Part shown: positions 28,904 through 42,540 of the stretch, one piece after another
How the letters are laid out: every line of letters starts with the position of its first letter
How positions within the stretch are numbered: the first letter of the stretch is position 1
Assembly: GCA_965228855.1 (NCBI GenBank)
Contig: CBDDIJ010000002.1
Span: 1,984,001-2,048,000, forward strand
Length of the DNA stretch: 64,000 nucleotides
Source: Candidatus Obscuribacterales bacterium
GTDB taxonomy: Bacteria; Cyanobacteriota; Vampirovibrionia; Obscuribacterales; Obscuribacteraceae
Direction: 5' to 3'
The notes under the pieces: model-generated
What the model saw: only the letters and a program-made list of their open reading frames with translations
What the model was told of the DNA's origin: nothing
Databases searched by the model: none
Position numbers and translations under genes: made by a program

Positions 28904-30328
28904 TTAGAAGCGGAGTGAGATGCCGAAACTGTTGCCTCTGCTACGATTTCCGCCCCAATTATTGCCGTATCCATAATCGTTCATGTATGGCATACGTCCG
29001 TTCATAAACCGTCTGCCCTGATTGAGCATCAAATCAATCGCAAATCTTCCATTGTTGTTGCGGCAGTTGCGATCGTAACGATCATAGCGGTCATAACGAT
29101 CGTAGCGGTCGTAGCGATCATAACGACCCGAGTTTCTGTAGTCGCCGAAGCATCCATCATTCACGTACGGCGGTAACTGCGGTCTATATTGAGGTTCGTA
29201 ACTGTCATAGCGATCTTGTCTGTACGGAGGGCGCGAATACCCCCAGTCGTCACCCCTCTCTATTACGACAACAGGTGGCTGATTCCGTTGCGGGATGTAT
29301 TCCGGCCGTCCTTCGTAGTAGGGCGGCGCTTCTGGTTGTCTGCGCACCACAGGTGGTGGTCCGTCTTGCCGGCCTTGATAGATATTTACCGTGTCCGCCT
29401 GGTTTATGTAAACACCATCGCGACCATGTGTATGTGCCGGTCTTCTTTGTTCCGGAGGAAGCACCTCAACTCTCGGCGGTGCCGGACGAGGCGGCTCGGC
29501 TGGTACCGGAGCTTCCGTTCTTGGTGGCGCTGGCGGAAGTGGTTCCGCCGGTGCTTCGCCAGGCTGATGGCGAGGAATTGTCAGAGTCCAGCCAGACTTA
29601 ATGAAGTGGTTGTTGCAGCTCAAAGATGGGTATCTGTTGCTGTTGAGCGAAACAATCTGTTGAACTTCGGCTTCGATAGCCTTTCTGTCGTGTGCCATGC
29701 CGGAGCCGCGCAGATTTCGTTCCGCAATTGCTGAGAGGCTGTCACCATACTCGACCTTGTATCGGCCGGTCTCATTGACTTCGATTCCCAGACCGCGACG
29801 CTGATCGGAAACTGCTTTCCACTGACGTCCTTGCTCGGTTTCGTATTTGAAATCCGGTCTGAAGTCGCAATTGCCCTTATCTTCGACGCCCTCGGCTGGG
29901 GCGGGAACTCCGGGCGGCACAATTTCTTGTGGCTTGCCCGATGTATCCGGTTGAACGGGCGCACCAGGCGCCACTGGAACCGTGCCTTCCGGCGGCACTG
30001 CCGCAGGGGCGGTCGGTTCATCGACTTTCCCAGTCGTATTATCGCCTACATCTATTGCTGATGATGGAGCTGCCGGAGGAGCGACGTCTGCTCCCGGAGG
30101 TAAGGCCTGGCGCTCTTGCGTCTGCGCAGGAGGTGTTACTTCAGCTGCGGGGGCTTGCGTTGTATCCGGAACCGCTACCGCGCCTGGCGGTGGAACGTCG
30201 GTTGAGACAGTTGGCTGGTCAGCGGTTTTAGCTGCCGGAGGTCCCGTCATGATCGAGTCATATAAGGAACTGTCTGGAGCCGGTGTTCCCTGATTCTTAG
30301 CTACTTCTACGTTGTTTTCCAAAGACAT
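28904..30328 (-). CDS. LysM-domain protein with Pro-rich regions and R/Y/D/G/N-rich tail
   Basis: YKVEYGDSLSAIA...IVSLN...IKSGWTLTIP LysM pattern; no obvious signal peptide. Confidence 0.8.
   Translation of the reverse strand: MSLENNVEVAKNQGTPAPDSSLYDSIMTGPPAAKTADQPTVSTDVPPPGAVAVPDTTQAPAAEVTPPAQTQERQALPPGADVAPPAAPSSAIDVGDNTTGKVDEPTAPAAVPPEGTVPVAPGAPVQPDTSGKPQEIVPPGVPAPAEGVEDKGNCDFRPDFKYETEQGRQWKAVSDQRRGLGIEVNETGRYKVEYGDSLSAIAERNLRGSGMAHDRKAIEAEVQQIVSLNSNRYPSLSCNNHFIKSGWTLTIPRHQPGEAPAEPLPPAPPRTEAPVPAEPPRPAPPRVEVLPPEQRRPAHTHGRDGVYINQADTVNIYQGRQDGPPPVVRRQPEAPPYYEGRPEYIPQRNQPPVVVIERGDDWGYSRPPYRQDRYDSYEPQYRPQLPPYVNDGCFGDYRNSGRYDRYDRYDRYDRYDRYDRNCRNNNGRFAIDLMLNQGRRFMNGRMPYMNDYGYGNNWGGNRSRGNSFGISLRF
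29069..29125 (-). repeat. 9-bp coding tandem repeat encoding (RYD)6R
   Basis: Six units with synonymous variation (CGT/CGC, TAT/TAC, GAT/GAC). Confidence 0.9.
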
Positions 30329-30570
30329 AATATCGATGAGCCCCGTGAGTGAGTCGGTGAGCAGTGCGCTTGCCTTGACAGTGCGTTGCGAGTGAATTTT
30401 TCAAGGCAATATCAGTAGTTTCCTGAGTGTAGCCAAGGGTGGCCGACTAGCCAATGGGGAAATTCCCATCCCCGCCGGATCTTTGCGGATGATTAAGAGA
30501 GTCGAATTGCTGAGCCGCCTCAGGGCGCAGGAGCGTATCATTTGAGACGCTGAAGTCCTGAGGTGTATTT

Positions 30571-31239
30571 ATGTTTTCCGGAATCGTTGAGGCCGTTGGA
30601 GTCGTAGATAAGGTTGTCGACGCGGGCGGCGGTTTGAAGTTCAGAATAAACTGCCCGCAGATCCTCGCCGATGCTCAGATGGGTGAGTCTATCGCCGTCA
30701 ACGGCACGTGCCTGACCGTGATCGAATATACAGAGGAATGGTTCGACGTTGAAGTTACTCAGGAGACGCTGCGGTGTACGACCCTGGGTACGCTCAAGGA
30801 AAAACAGAAGGTCAACCTCGAAAAGGCTCTTAAGGTATCAGACCGGCTGGGTGGACACATGGTAACCGGGCACGTCGATACGGTCGGTCACGTTGGAGAG
30901 ATTACTGAGGATGGCTTCTCGAAGATAATGAAGTTCACCCTTGATGGAAAGTGGGCGCCATTTTTTGTCAAAAAAGGCTCAGTAACGGTTGAAGGCGTCT
31001 CGCTCACCGTTGCTGACTGTGGCGGGCTTAGCAACAATTCATCTAATGCCGGCAAAGGTGGCGAGTTCTGGTTCACCGTTGCGCTGATTCCCCACACAAT
31101 GGACGTTACGACGCTGGGAACCATTCAGGTGGGCGACCCGGTCAATGTCGAAACCGATGTTATCGCTCGATATGTAGTCCGTTTGCTTGGAGATAGCTAT
31201 CTGGAAAACCTTAATAAAGAGAGAGAATCTGTACTCTAA
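30571..31239 (+). CDS. ribE: Riboflavin synthase (alpha chain)
   Basis: MFSGIVE start; GESIAVNGTCLTV; LGGHMVTGHVD; VNVETD. Confidence 0.97.
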   Translation: MFSGIVEAVGVVDKVVDAGGGLKFRINCPQILADAQMGESIAVNGTCLTVIEYTEEWFDVEVTQETLRCTTLGTLKEKQKVNLEKALKVSDRLGGHMVTGHVDTVGHVGEITEDGFSKIMKFTLDGKWAPFFVKKGSVTVEGVSLTVADCGGLSNNSSNAGKGGEFWFTVALIPHTMDVTTLGTIQVGDPVNVETDVIARYVVRLLGDSYLENLNKERESVL

Positions 31240-31331
31240 ATGGATATTCAAAGCTAGACTTTTGATGTCAAGTCGGCAAGCATCGCCGACGCGCTCAGCG
31301 CAGACTCGGATCCGCAAATAGAGGGAATCAC

Positions 31332-32645
31332 ATGGTCTCGGAATCGCAGGACAACAGCACTGATTTCAACACGGTAGAAGAGGCTCTCACCGACATAGCT
31401 CAGGGAAAGTTTGTAATCGTAGCCGATGATGAAGGGCGAGAGAACGAAGGCGACCTCATCTGTGCCGCAGAGCTTATCACCCCGGCGATGATGAACTTCA
31501 TGGTGAGCGAGGCAAAAGGATTCGTTTGCCTCACCATGACTAAAGACCACGCCAGGCGTCTCAACTTGCCGATGATGGTCGAGCATAACACCGAGGCCCT
31601 GAGCACAGCGTTTACAGTAACTATTGATGCTGACCCTAAATATGGTGTCACGACAGGAATCAGCGCTTACGATCGCGCAACGACGATTCGTGTTGCTGTG
31701 GATCCCAACGCTGTTGAGTCTGATTTGCGACGTCCCGGACACATCTCTCCTCTGGTTGCGCGGGAAGGCGGTGTTCTCCGCCGAGCCGGTCACACGGAGG
31801 CTGCTTGCGATCTGGCTCGCCTGGCTGGTCTGACTCCAGCTGGTGTAATTTGCGAAATTCTCCACACTGATGGAACCATGGCGCGAGTGCCGCAGCTGCG
31901 CGAGTTCGCTAAGAAACACGACATCAAGTTTATAACGATCGCTCAGTTGATTGCTTATCGGTTGGAACGCGAGCGTTTCGTGGTTCGAGAAGCCAAAGCT
32001 GTTTTCCCATCGGCTTTTGGCGAATTCACAGTTTACGGTTACAGAAACACACTCGACGGCCAGGAGCATATTGCCTTCGTCAAGGGCGATGTGGAAAACC
32101 AGGAAGACGTACTCATTCGCGTTCACTCCGAATGCTTGACCGGCGATGTCTTCGCCAGTCTGCGTTGCGATTGCGGACCGCAGCTTGAAGCAGCGATGGC
32201 GATGATTGCTAAAGAGGAGCGCGGTGTTCTCATTTATCTAAGACAAGAAGGTCGTGGTATTGGTTTGCTCAATAAAATCAAAGCCTACGCCTTGCAAGAT
32301 ACGGGACAAGACACTGTTCAAGCGAATGAATCATTAGGATTCAAACCCGATTTGAGAGACTATGGAGTCGGCGCTCAGATGCTTGCCGATCTCGGACTGA
32401 CTTCCGTCAGATTGATAACAAACAATCCGCGCAAAATTGTCGGACTGGAAGGATATGGTTTGATCGTCAAAGATCGAGTCACACTGCCGCCCGCCTGCAA
32501 TAGCCACAACCTCGGTTACTTGCTAACCAAGAAAGAGAAGATGGGTCACTGGCTCGAAAACCTGGAAGCGTCGTCAGTAAATGGGGGCGACGAACAACCC
32601 GAGGGAAAGCCCTCGAAGCACAAAATTAAGGCGGCCGCGAAATAG
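31332..32645 (+). CDS. ribBA: Bifunctional DHBP synthase / GTP cyclohydrolase II
   Basis: [52 protein letters not shown]. Confidence 0.97.
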   Translation: MVSESQDNSTDFNTVEEALTDIAQGKFVIVADDEGRENEGDLICAAELITPAMMNFMVSEAKGFVCLTMTKDHARRLNLPMMVEHNTEALSTAFTVTIDADPKYGVTTGISAYDRATTIRVAVDPNAVESDLRRPGHISPLVAREGGVLRRAGHTEAACDLARLAGLTPAGVICEILHTDGTMARVPQLREFAKKHDIKFITIAQLIAYRLERERFVVREAKAVFPSAFGEFTVYGYRNTLDGQEHIAFVKGDVENQEDVLIRVHSECLTGDVFASLRCDCGPQLEAAMAMIAKEERGVLIYLRQEGRGIGLLNKIKAYALQDTGQDTVQANESLGFKPDLRDYGVGAQMLADLGLTSVRLITNNPRKIVGLEGYGLIVKDRVTLPPACNSHNLGYLLTKKEKMGHWLENLEASSVNGGDEQPEGKPSKHKIKAAAK

Positions 32646-32691
32646 TTTCCGCAAAATAGTTTCAGTAGTAGTAGACCGCGCTCGGCTGGCT

Positions 32692-34053
32692 CTACTCGAA
32701 ACGGATGCAGTTTTTTGTCGGGTCGATGGTGTATCTAAGTCCCGACAGAAACGACTGACCGAGCAGCGGTCGGTCGAAGTTCGCATCTATGAGTACACCG
32801 GCTCGCACGTGCTTGCGTTCGACGTTCCCAACTTTAACGGAATCGACCGTGAACCCAAACGCTTCTCTTTTGGCGCCAACGCCACCACCGTGCCCCTGGT
32901 ACGCGCTGGTTGGACGGTTCAATCCGCAGGCAGCCAGGTGTCTGTCTGCGAAACACAGTATGTCTGCGCCTGTATCAAAATACATCTCGCACTCGCGTCC
33001 ATTGACTAAAACGGTTACGACCATGTTGCCACCGTCTCTTCGGAAGGGAACTTCGTTATCCAGAAGTTTTGGCCGTTGAACCTGTGTTCGACGGCCGGTG
33101 CTGGCGTTTAAACTTGAACTTGAGCTATTGAGCGCGAAAGTGGTCTCCGCCGGTTTCGAGAAAACAATTACTTCGTGCGCGTCATCAACTGAGTAAGGTA
33201 AGTCTGAAAAGAAAGTCTGCCCGAGCAGAGGTAACGGAAAAGTGTCCGGCATGTTTCTGTTATCCTGCACAGTCAGCGGAATTTGACGTTTCAAATCTCC
33301 AACCCTTAAATCAACCATCGCCACAGTCGTCGGAATTTCTCCGCCCACTCCAAGAGCTCTGCCGTGGATATTCGTTCTTTTGACTTTGATGTTGTGACTG
33401 GCTAAAAAAGTCTCCGTGCAAGTCGTCGAAGATGCTCCCGTATCAAACACCATTGTGATTGGAACACCGCCCATTTCCGCGTTCACGATCATCCCGCCGC
33501 TTCCCTTTCTGAATGGAACGGCGACCTGTTCCGGTAGTCCGGACCAATCAATCGGACCGGTTCTGGGAATATCTACGTTTTTAATCGCAGCAGCAGCGGC
33601 GACGGGATCGAGCACGGCAAGCGTTTTCAACGAGTTCCTGGCGGCTGGACTCTGCGGATACTTCGAGAAGACGTATCGATACGCGGCAGCTGCTTCCTTC
33701 AGCCTGCCCAGCTGATGGTAGCAGAGAGCTCGATAATAGGCTGCATTCGCGGCTTGCGTCGAATCAATTTTTCCAGTCTCAAAGATTGCGAGCGCGTCTT
33801 TGAATTTCTTTGTGTTGTATAAACCGACTGCTTTTGAATAAGCGTTTTCAGTAGTTGGCGCTTGTGATTGAGCGGCTCCGGCGAGAATGCAGATTATTGC
33901 AAGGCAGATCAAGATCAATGCAATCAGATTTGAAAAACTGAAAACGTTTTCGCTCGTTCTTGTGCGGCTGAGAACGACTGACCTGCTCCACATGGCTACG
34001 ATGTGCTTATTTTGCTGTTGTTTTCGAGGCGGAATGTGAGGGTTTATAGACAT
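32692..34053 (-). CDS. Exported TPR plus two retropepsin-like aspartyl protease domains
   Basis: Hydrophobic N-terminus, TPRs, MVFDTGA...LLGQTF and MYFDTGA...LLGQSF. Confidence 0.85.
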   Translation of the reverse strand: MSINPHIPPRKQQQNKHIVAMWSRSVVLSRTRTSENVFSFSNLIALILICLAIICILAGAAQSQAPTTENAYSKAVGLYNTKKFKDALAIFETGKIDSTQAANAAYYRALCYHQLGRLKEAAAAYRYVFSKYPQSPAARNSLKTLAVLDPVAAAAAIKNVDIPRTGPIDWSGLPEQVAVPFRKGSGGMIVNAEMGGVPITMVFDTGASSTTCTETFLASHNIKVKRTNIHGRALGVGGEIPTTVAMVDLRVGDLKRQIPLTVQDNRNMPDTFPLPLLGQTFFSDLPYSVDDAHEVIVFSKPAETTFALNSSSSSLNASTGRRTQVQRPKLLDNEVPFRRDGGNMVVTVLVNGRECEMYFDTGADILCFADRHLAACGLNRPTSAYQGHGGGVGAKREAFGFTVDSVKVGNVERKHVRAGVLIDANFDRPLLGQSFLSGLRYTIDPTKNCIRFE

Positions 34054-34121
34054 GGATTTGTAAGGCTAAACGTTGGACCTATTCTTTTGCTTCCCATCTT
34101 GATTGTTTACTTCAAGGTTCT

Positions 34122-35399
34122 TCAGCGCTCGAACCTGATAACGTTTCTCGATGGATCGACCGTAAAATGCAACCCTTCAAAGAAGCTCTGACCGAGCAGC
34201 GGTCTTGAAAATTTAGTATTGAGAAGCACTGCGGCGCTGACTTCCTTTTTCTCAATCGGACCGAGCTTTATGTTGTCCACGGTGAAGGCATAGCTATCGC
34301 GTCTGCCGTCTACCGTTCTGCGCACGGTATTTGTCGCTTCAACCGGTCGGTTGAGACCACATTGCGCGAGATGACGGTCGGCAAACACAACCTGACTCGC
34401 GCCCGTGTCCACATACATTTCACATTCCCGGTTATTGACCCTGGCCTTCACTACGATATGATGTCCATCGCGAGTAAAAGGTACCTCACGGTCTGTAAGC
34501 TTGATTGGGGCGTCGTTTTTGGACTTAAACCGATTTGTCGGTTTTAACACAATCACTTTACGTCTTGTGTCGATTTCATAGGTCAAGTCGCCGAAAAAGC
34601 TCTGACCGACGATCGGGCAGTTGTCGTAAGATGCGTAAAGGCTATCCGGCGAATCTTGTTCCACATAAATTTTATCGTCTCGTACAAACGAGCCCAGGGC
34701 AATGCGAGCGACAGCGATGTTCGCGATCGTTTCCTTAAAAGCGCCGGGGACTATGGCGTTTTCCTTCGTCCAGTTGAACTGCCAGTTGTTTTTGTTCGCG
34801 AAACTCTGCCGGCAGAAGGTGACACCAGATCCGGTATCAAACAGAATTTTGCACTTTCTGCCGTCAATGGTGCCATCGATGTACATTCGACCGTCCATGG
34901 CCTCTTCCGTGTATCTGAGCACGTAGCCGTTTGAAGGTGTCGTGGCGAATGCGCTTTGTTTAACAATGGAAGAAGCCGTCACGAACGACTCAGGCACGCG
35001 ACCAGTCTCCTTAGCCGTTTCCAGTGCTTGCAAACGAGCACCCAGCTGTTTCATCATCTCGAAGGACTTGTCGCTGTAAGGAGAGTTTGGATAATTCGTG
35101 CATACCACCTTGTAAGAATCGTGCGCTTCTTGCATTTTGTTGAGCTGTTGATAGCTCATGGCCAGGTAGTAGACCGATGCCGCCGTGTTGATGTGGCGTT
35201 GGGCTGCTGAGCGAAAACATGATGCAGCCTCCTCGTAAAGCCCTTTCTTGTAAGCGGCGACTCCTTTGTCGAATGATGTTTCAGTCGCAAGTGCTGGAAG
35301 CGGTTTCATTGCGATTGCGCTGAGCCACAACAGCGTGATTAGGGGAAGCGATGTCAACGCGACTGAGATGCAGAGCGTGGTAATTCGGTTTGTTCGCAC
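34122..35399 (-). CDS. Exported TPR plus two retropepsin-like aspartyl protease domains (tandem paralog)
   Basis: ILFDTGS...IVGQSF and MYVDTGA...LLGQSF; shares EVPF.RDG, VN.RECEMY, FADRHLA.CGLNRP with neighbour. Confidence 0.85.
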   Translation of the reverse strand: MRTNRITTLCISVALTSLPLITLLWLSAIAMKPLPALATETSFDKGVAAYKKGLYEEAASCFRSAAQRHINTAASVYYLAMSYQQLNKMQEAHDSYKVVCTNYPNSPYSDKSFEMMKQLGARLQALETAKETGRVPESFVTASSIVKQSAFATTPSNGYVLRYTEEAMDGRMYIDGTIDGRKCKILFDTGSGVTFCRQSFANKNNWQFNWTKENAIVPGAFKETIANIAVARIALGSFVRDDKIYVEQDSPDSLYASYDNCPIVGQSFFGDLTYEIDTRRKVIVLKPTNRFKSKNDAPIKLTDREVPFTRDGHHIVVKARVNNRECEMYVDTGASQVVFADRHLAQCGLNRPVEATNTVRRTVDGRRDSYAFTVDNIKLGPIEKKEVSAAVLLNTKFSRPLLGQSFFEGLHFTVDPSRNVIRFER

Positions 35400-35414
35400 A
35401 GCTTCTCGCGTGTT

Positions 35415-36536
35415 TTAACGGCTCAGGAGAGTTTCGTAGAATTCGACTTTAGCTTTGTCTTTCCGGTGATTATACAAAGATATCAGCTTCTGGACGTCTT
35501 TCGGGTTTGCATCGGCACCGTCATGTTTGACTCGTGCTTCTATGCGTTTTAACGCCATAGTCGTGAGAAGCCCTCTTGGACCGAGAAGTAGAAAGGAGAG
35601 CGCGAACGAAACGGCGATTGAAAGCGGCACGAACCAGGGGTTGTCCACGCTCACATGAGCCTTTTGCCAGGCAATGATTGAAGCAATACTTTTATTCGTT
35701 TTGTCCGCATCTACAGTTCTCCCTGAGACACGAAAGCAGTACTCCAGGTCTTGAAGTGTTTTCAAAACGCGATCGCTGTTGGGACCAAACTCGCGTTGAC
35801 GCATCTTCAGCGCTTCTGAGTAAGCCTGTATCGCCTCTTCGTAGCGCTTTTGACTGGTCAAAGAGTTGCCTAGCTTTGTGAGCGCGTTGCCCAGGTGGTG
35901 GTAGCCGCTAGTTTCCTTCCATAGCGCGATCGACTGACGGCTGTATTTCTCTGCGTCGACTGGTCGGTTTCTCTTCAGTGCGATGAATGCGTAGTTGCCA
36001 AACATCTCTGCAATCATCGGATGTTTTTCGCCGTAGATTTCTTTTCGAATATCGAGAAGAAAGTCCGACAGATGTTCAGCTTCGTCGAGTTTGTCGACTT
36101 CGATGTACGCTCCTGCCAGAAGTTCCGCCGACAGCGCCGGATGAACCCCGGGAATTCTGTACAGCGGATTGAGTAGATACAGCTTCTTCGCGGCTGCGAG
36201 CTGATTCGCGCAGGTCAGGCTCAGGCAGCTGAAATCATAGGCGAGAAACAAAAGCACCACCAGCGCCACCACGTTGGAAACCGTTTTGACAGCCTTCCAA
36301 CCCTGTCTGGTTGCTTCTGTTTTATTGCTGAGTTCGTCAAGAACGGCTTGTTGCACTTCTCTTGCATTGCGCGCCTTCTTGCGACTGCGAAAAACGATTA
36401 CGGCTATGAACACAATTACTTCTACGGCAACAGCGGCAACAAGTTCCTTCGTCGGGCATGCGATCGCATAGACGACGAAGTACAAAAGCGTTATGAGCGC
36501 TATCGCGTAGCCGAGTTTCGCAGACAGAGTCGTCAA
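35415..36536 (-). CDS. Membrane protein with kinesin-light-chain-type TPRs
   Basis: Three N-terminal TMs; IYGEKHPMIA and ALKMRQREFGPNS TPR motifs; C-terminal TM. Confidence 0.75.
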   Translation of the reverse strand: MTTLSAKLGYAIALITLLYFVVYAIACPTKELVAAVAVEVIVFIAVIVFRSRKKARNAREVQQAVLDELSNKTEATRQGWKAVKTVSNVVALVVLLFLAYDFSCLSLTCANQLAAAKKLYLLNPLYRIPGVHPALSAELLAGAYIEVDKLDEAEHLSDFLLDIRKEIYGEKHPMIAEMFGNYAFIALKRNRPVDAEKYSRQSIALWKETSGYHHLGNALTKLGNSLTSQKRYEEAIQAYSEALKMRQREFGPNSDRVLKTLQDLEYCFRVSGRTVDADKTNKSIASIIAWQKAHVSVDNPWFVPLSIAVSFALSFLLLGPRGLLTTMALKRIEARVKHDGADANPKDVQKLISLYNHRKDKAKVEFYETLLSR

Positions 36537-36615
36537 CTTGTTTCTCCATGGACGGCATCATCATAATCGCCGCCGGCATGGAAACCAATGTTGTAATTAC
36601 CAGTGAAGCCGAACT

Positions 36616-38100
36616 CTACGAGAAGTTCTGCAGGCCTATTAGACGCTCGGCATGAACAGGATTTTCTTTCCAGAAGCGTTCTACCAGATTCGTCACTTTG
36701 AGCGTTTCCAGAATCGGACCTTCGACTTCGACAAGCCGGAGCATCAGCGCACGGTGAAGCGGAATCTTGCTTTGAATCAAGCTGATTAGACCCTTGCCGG
36801 TCAGCTTGAATGTGATATCCGGACGTTCATCGGAGGGCTCGTGACGGCGCAGGACAATCCGCCCCTCATCGCGCTTCAAATACCACCTGAGGTCCGACGC
36901 TTCTTTTATGAAGAAACCAATTGAGCGTCCTTGCGACATTGCCTTATCTAGCAGCGATCCGCAATTCAGCCACTCCGGAATAAACTCCTCGAAGTAGAAT
37001 CGGGCAATGCGATCGTTGTAGTTGACTATTTCATCTCGCCGTTCTTCTGTGGCATGACCGCCGAAGTGCTTGCCGCGAGCGGCATTTATCGATTTGCTGA
37101 AGTATCTTTCGTCCATCTGGACCGGGGGAATGTGATATCTCCCTGCGACTTCAAAGAGATTTCGATTTTTAACCTGAACATTGTCAGTCAAAAGCTTTCT
37201 CAGCACAGGCGGCAATGTAAGCCTGTCTTCGTCATCATCTCGAATCGTAACGCCGAGACTCTTACCTACGTAGCCCAGCAACTCGGAATTGAGAAGCGGA
37301 TTGGTTGGAATAATGTTCAAAATAGACGTGCGCTGTTCGTCTTCGAGGAAGCGCCAGAACATGTAAACTGCAGTGTCCACCGGCATCAACCACAGAAATG
37401 AATTCGGATGGAAGCGCATTTTAATTTCTTTGTTTTCGCGTTGCATCTGATTAATCTCGTCTGCTTTATTCGCGAGTTCCTTCAGCATCGGATAGATGCC
37501 TGTGTAGTTCAATGCAAAGCCGTCATCGGTTGCTCCTGCAAGCATCGGCATTCGCACCAGATACCACGGAAAGCCCCAATTCTTGAGCTTCTCGACCAAG
37601 CGCATTTCATATTGCTGGCAAGTGCTTTCCCATGTTGTTTGCGGTTTACGGCGCGTAAAATTTGTCTCTTCCGGAACCACACCATCTTGTTGCACTCCGC
37701 CGTACAGTGAGGAGATGATGTACAGAGGGGCTGATTTCGTGCCTCTCAAAACATCCTTCAGCTCCGCCGCTGACCACGGTGCTCGCGGCGCGCGCGACTC
37801 GTCAAAGTTGGGCGGCATGCCTGAGAAAATTACGGCATCATATGTGGTGCCTTTGGGAAACTCACCTTGTTCGACAATTTTGATCTTGTCCTGGAAAACT
37901 TTGGCTTTGCCGTGACCGCCGAATGATGTGTCGAGCTCCGCTTGTACCGACGATCTCAAGTCGAGTGGAGAGAGCGACAACAAGTTCAAAGAACTTTTGC
38001 AGGCGATATGGGTGTGCCAGCCTTTCTTCACGAGCCAGGCGACGAGCGGTCCGGTAAAGCTAGATATTGGACCCCAGATGTAGGCTGTCTTCTGTGCCAT
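36616..38100 (-). CDS. Degenerate extended SDR/thioester-reductase-like protein with C-terminal SCP2-like domain
   Basis: Rossmann-like start, YIISSLYG, WYLVRMPMLAG, LMPVD; C-terminal PDITFKL...ALMLRLVEVEGP resembles SCP2. Confidence 0.55.
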   Translation of the reverse strand: MAQKTAYIWGPISSFTGPLVAWLVKKGWHTHIACKSSLNLLSLSPLDLRSSVQAELDTSFGGHGKAKVFQDKIKIVEQGEFPKGTTYDAVIFSGMPPNFDESRAPRAPWSAAELKDVLRGTKSAPLYIISSLYGGVQQDGVVPEETNFTRRKPQTTWESTCQQYEMRLVEKLKNWGFPWYLVRMPMLAGATDDGFALNYTGIYPMLKELANKADEINQMQRENKEIKMRFHPNSFLWLMPVDTAVYMFWRFLEDEQRTSILNIIPTNPLLNSELLGYVGKSLGVTIRDDDEDRLTLPPVLRKLLTDNVQVKNRNLFEVAGRYHIPPVQMDERYFSKSINAARGKHFGGHATEERRDEIVNYNDRIARFYFEEFIPEWLNCGSLLDKAMSQGRSIGFFIKEASDLRWYLKRDEGRIVLRRHEPSDERPDITFKLTGKGLISLIQSKIPLHRALMLRLVEVEGPILETLKVTNLVERFWKENPVHAERLIGLQNFS

Positions 38101-38249
38101 TCAATGCGTCCCTTGACTTGCTGGTGCAATCTGTCAGCCTTCTTGCCCTGGCTGAGCTGGTTAACCAAACCACATATCTTACAACCAGTCGGCACGGATG
38201 CGGTCTCGACTCTAGTCAAGAATGGTCGTTTCGTAACATAGGTAAGAGT

Positions 38250-38945
38250 TTAAAGCGGTTTTGAGAAGTCCATAGGGGACTCTACGAGCATTGTGTTTGC
38301 GAATTTGTCGCCGATTCGGCGCCCGTCCGGTTTCGTATACGCCAGCCAGCACTCTGCTGGAATTAGCAGCATGAGATAAGCCGTGCAGATCCAGTTGACT
38401 ACTTGAAATATGAAGGAATTGATGCTGCCCCCAAAGGGCAGGAATTTAATCAGGGTCAAGATACCCAGGACTATCAACGGCAGGAAGAACAAAATGTTTC
38501 GCTTTACGGACTGGATAATCGTCGGCGGCGTACCGGTCGAGGCGTCTACCACTTGCATACCCATAAGGTTTTTGCCGAAGCCGTGTCCTTGATAAAAGTA
38601 GTCGCGAACCAACATTATCGAGATGATGATGGTTTGCTGTGTGATGAGCTTGGTGATGTGCGGAATCAGGTTACTGAGAACCACAAAGACTGGAATAATC
38701 AACAGGCTCAAACCGAACGCCAGAATGACATCCGCCATGAGCGCAATGCCGCGACGTTTTGGGTCGATTGCACTGGTTTCGATTTCATCGTCTGAAACGG
38801 CGCCGGCCTGCGTCGGACGGCTGCGGCTGTTTCCCGAGCCGTTACTGTCCGCGAAGGACTCGTCAGCCTCAAAATCTGCTTGGCCGTTGGGTTCTCTATA
38901 ACGTCTATTGGGTTGGCGCCCGGAGCCGCCGGATGACCTTGTCAT
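38250..38945 (-). CDS. RDD family membrane protein
   Basis: RRGIALMAD, GKNLMGMQVV, KRNIL, RRIGDKFANT. Confidence 0.9.
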   Translation of the reverse strand: MTRSSGGSGRQPNRRYREPNGQADFEADESFADSNGSGNSRSRPTQAGAVSDDEIETSAIDPKRRGIALMADVILAFGLSLLIIPVFVVLSNLIPHITKLITQQTIIISIMLVRDYFYQGHGFGKNLMGMQVVDASTGTPPTIIQSVKRNILFFLPLIVLGILTLIKFLPFGGSINSFIFQVVNWICTAYLMLLIPAECWLAYTKPDGRRIGDKFANTMLVESPMDFSKPL

Positions 38946-39132
38946 GAGTGTTTAAGTACCCGTTTCCTAACCTGTTCAAGCAGGCGTTACACCAAACTTT
39001 CTTTATGATAGTGCACCAGTTCCAAATCGGAACAAATAGTAAGAGGTGGGCGCTTCTTCGCAGAAGGCCGATAAGATCCAGGCAGGTGTTATTTAGCGCC
39101 TGAGAAACCTGATTCTAAGGGGAAGTTTAGTC

Positions 39133-42458
<3,326 letters not shown>

Positions 42459-42487
42459 GATTAATTTCAGCGTTTTAGATACAATCG

Positions 42488-42506
42488 AACTCAGGCACCT
42501 GAGTTT
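42488..42506 (+). terminator. Candidate terminator/palindrome after ligA
   Basis: AACTCAGG-CA-CCTGAGTT perfect inverted repeat with a short T run. Confidence 0.35.
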
Positions 42507-42540
42507 AAGCTTCAGTGTCCTTGAGGCAGAATCTTGATAG

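Noticed and set aside
30400..30570. Possible FMN riboswitch upstream of ribE (GGGGAAATTCCC, CGGATG...AGAG)
   Set aside because: Only fragments resemble the RFN consensus; spacing is too short and other conserved stems are missing. An Rfam RF00050 scan would settle it.
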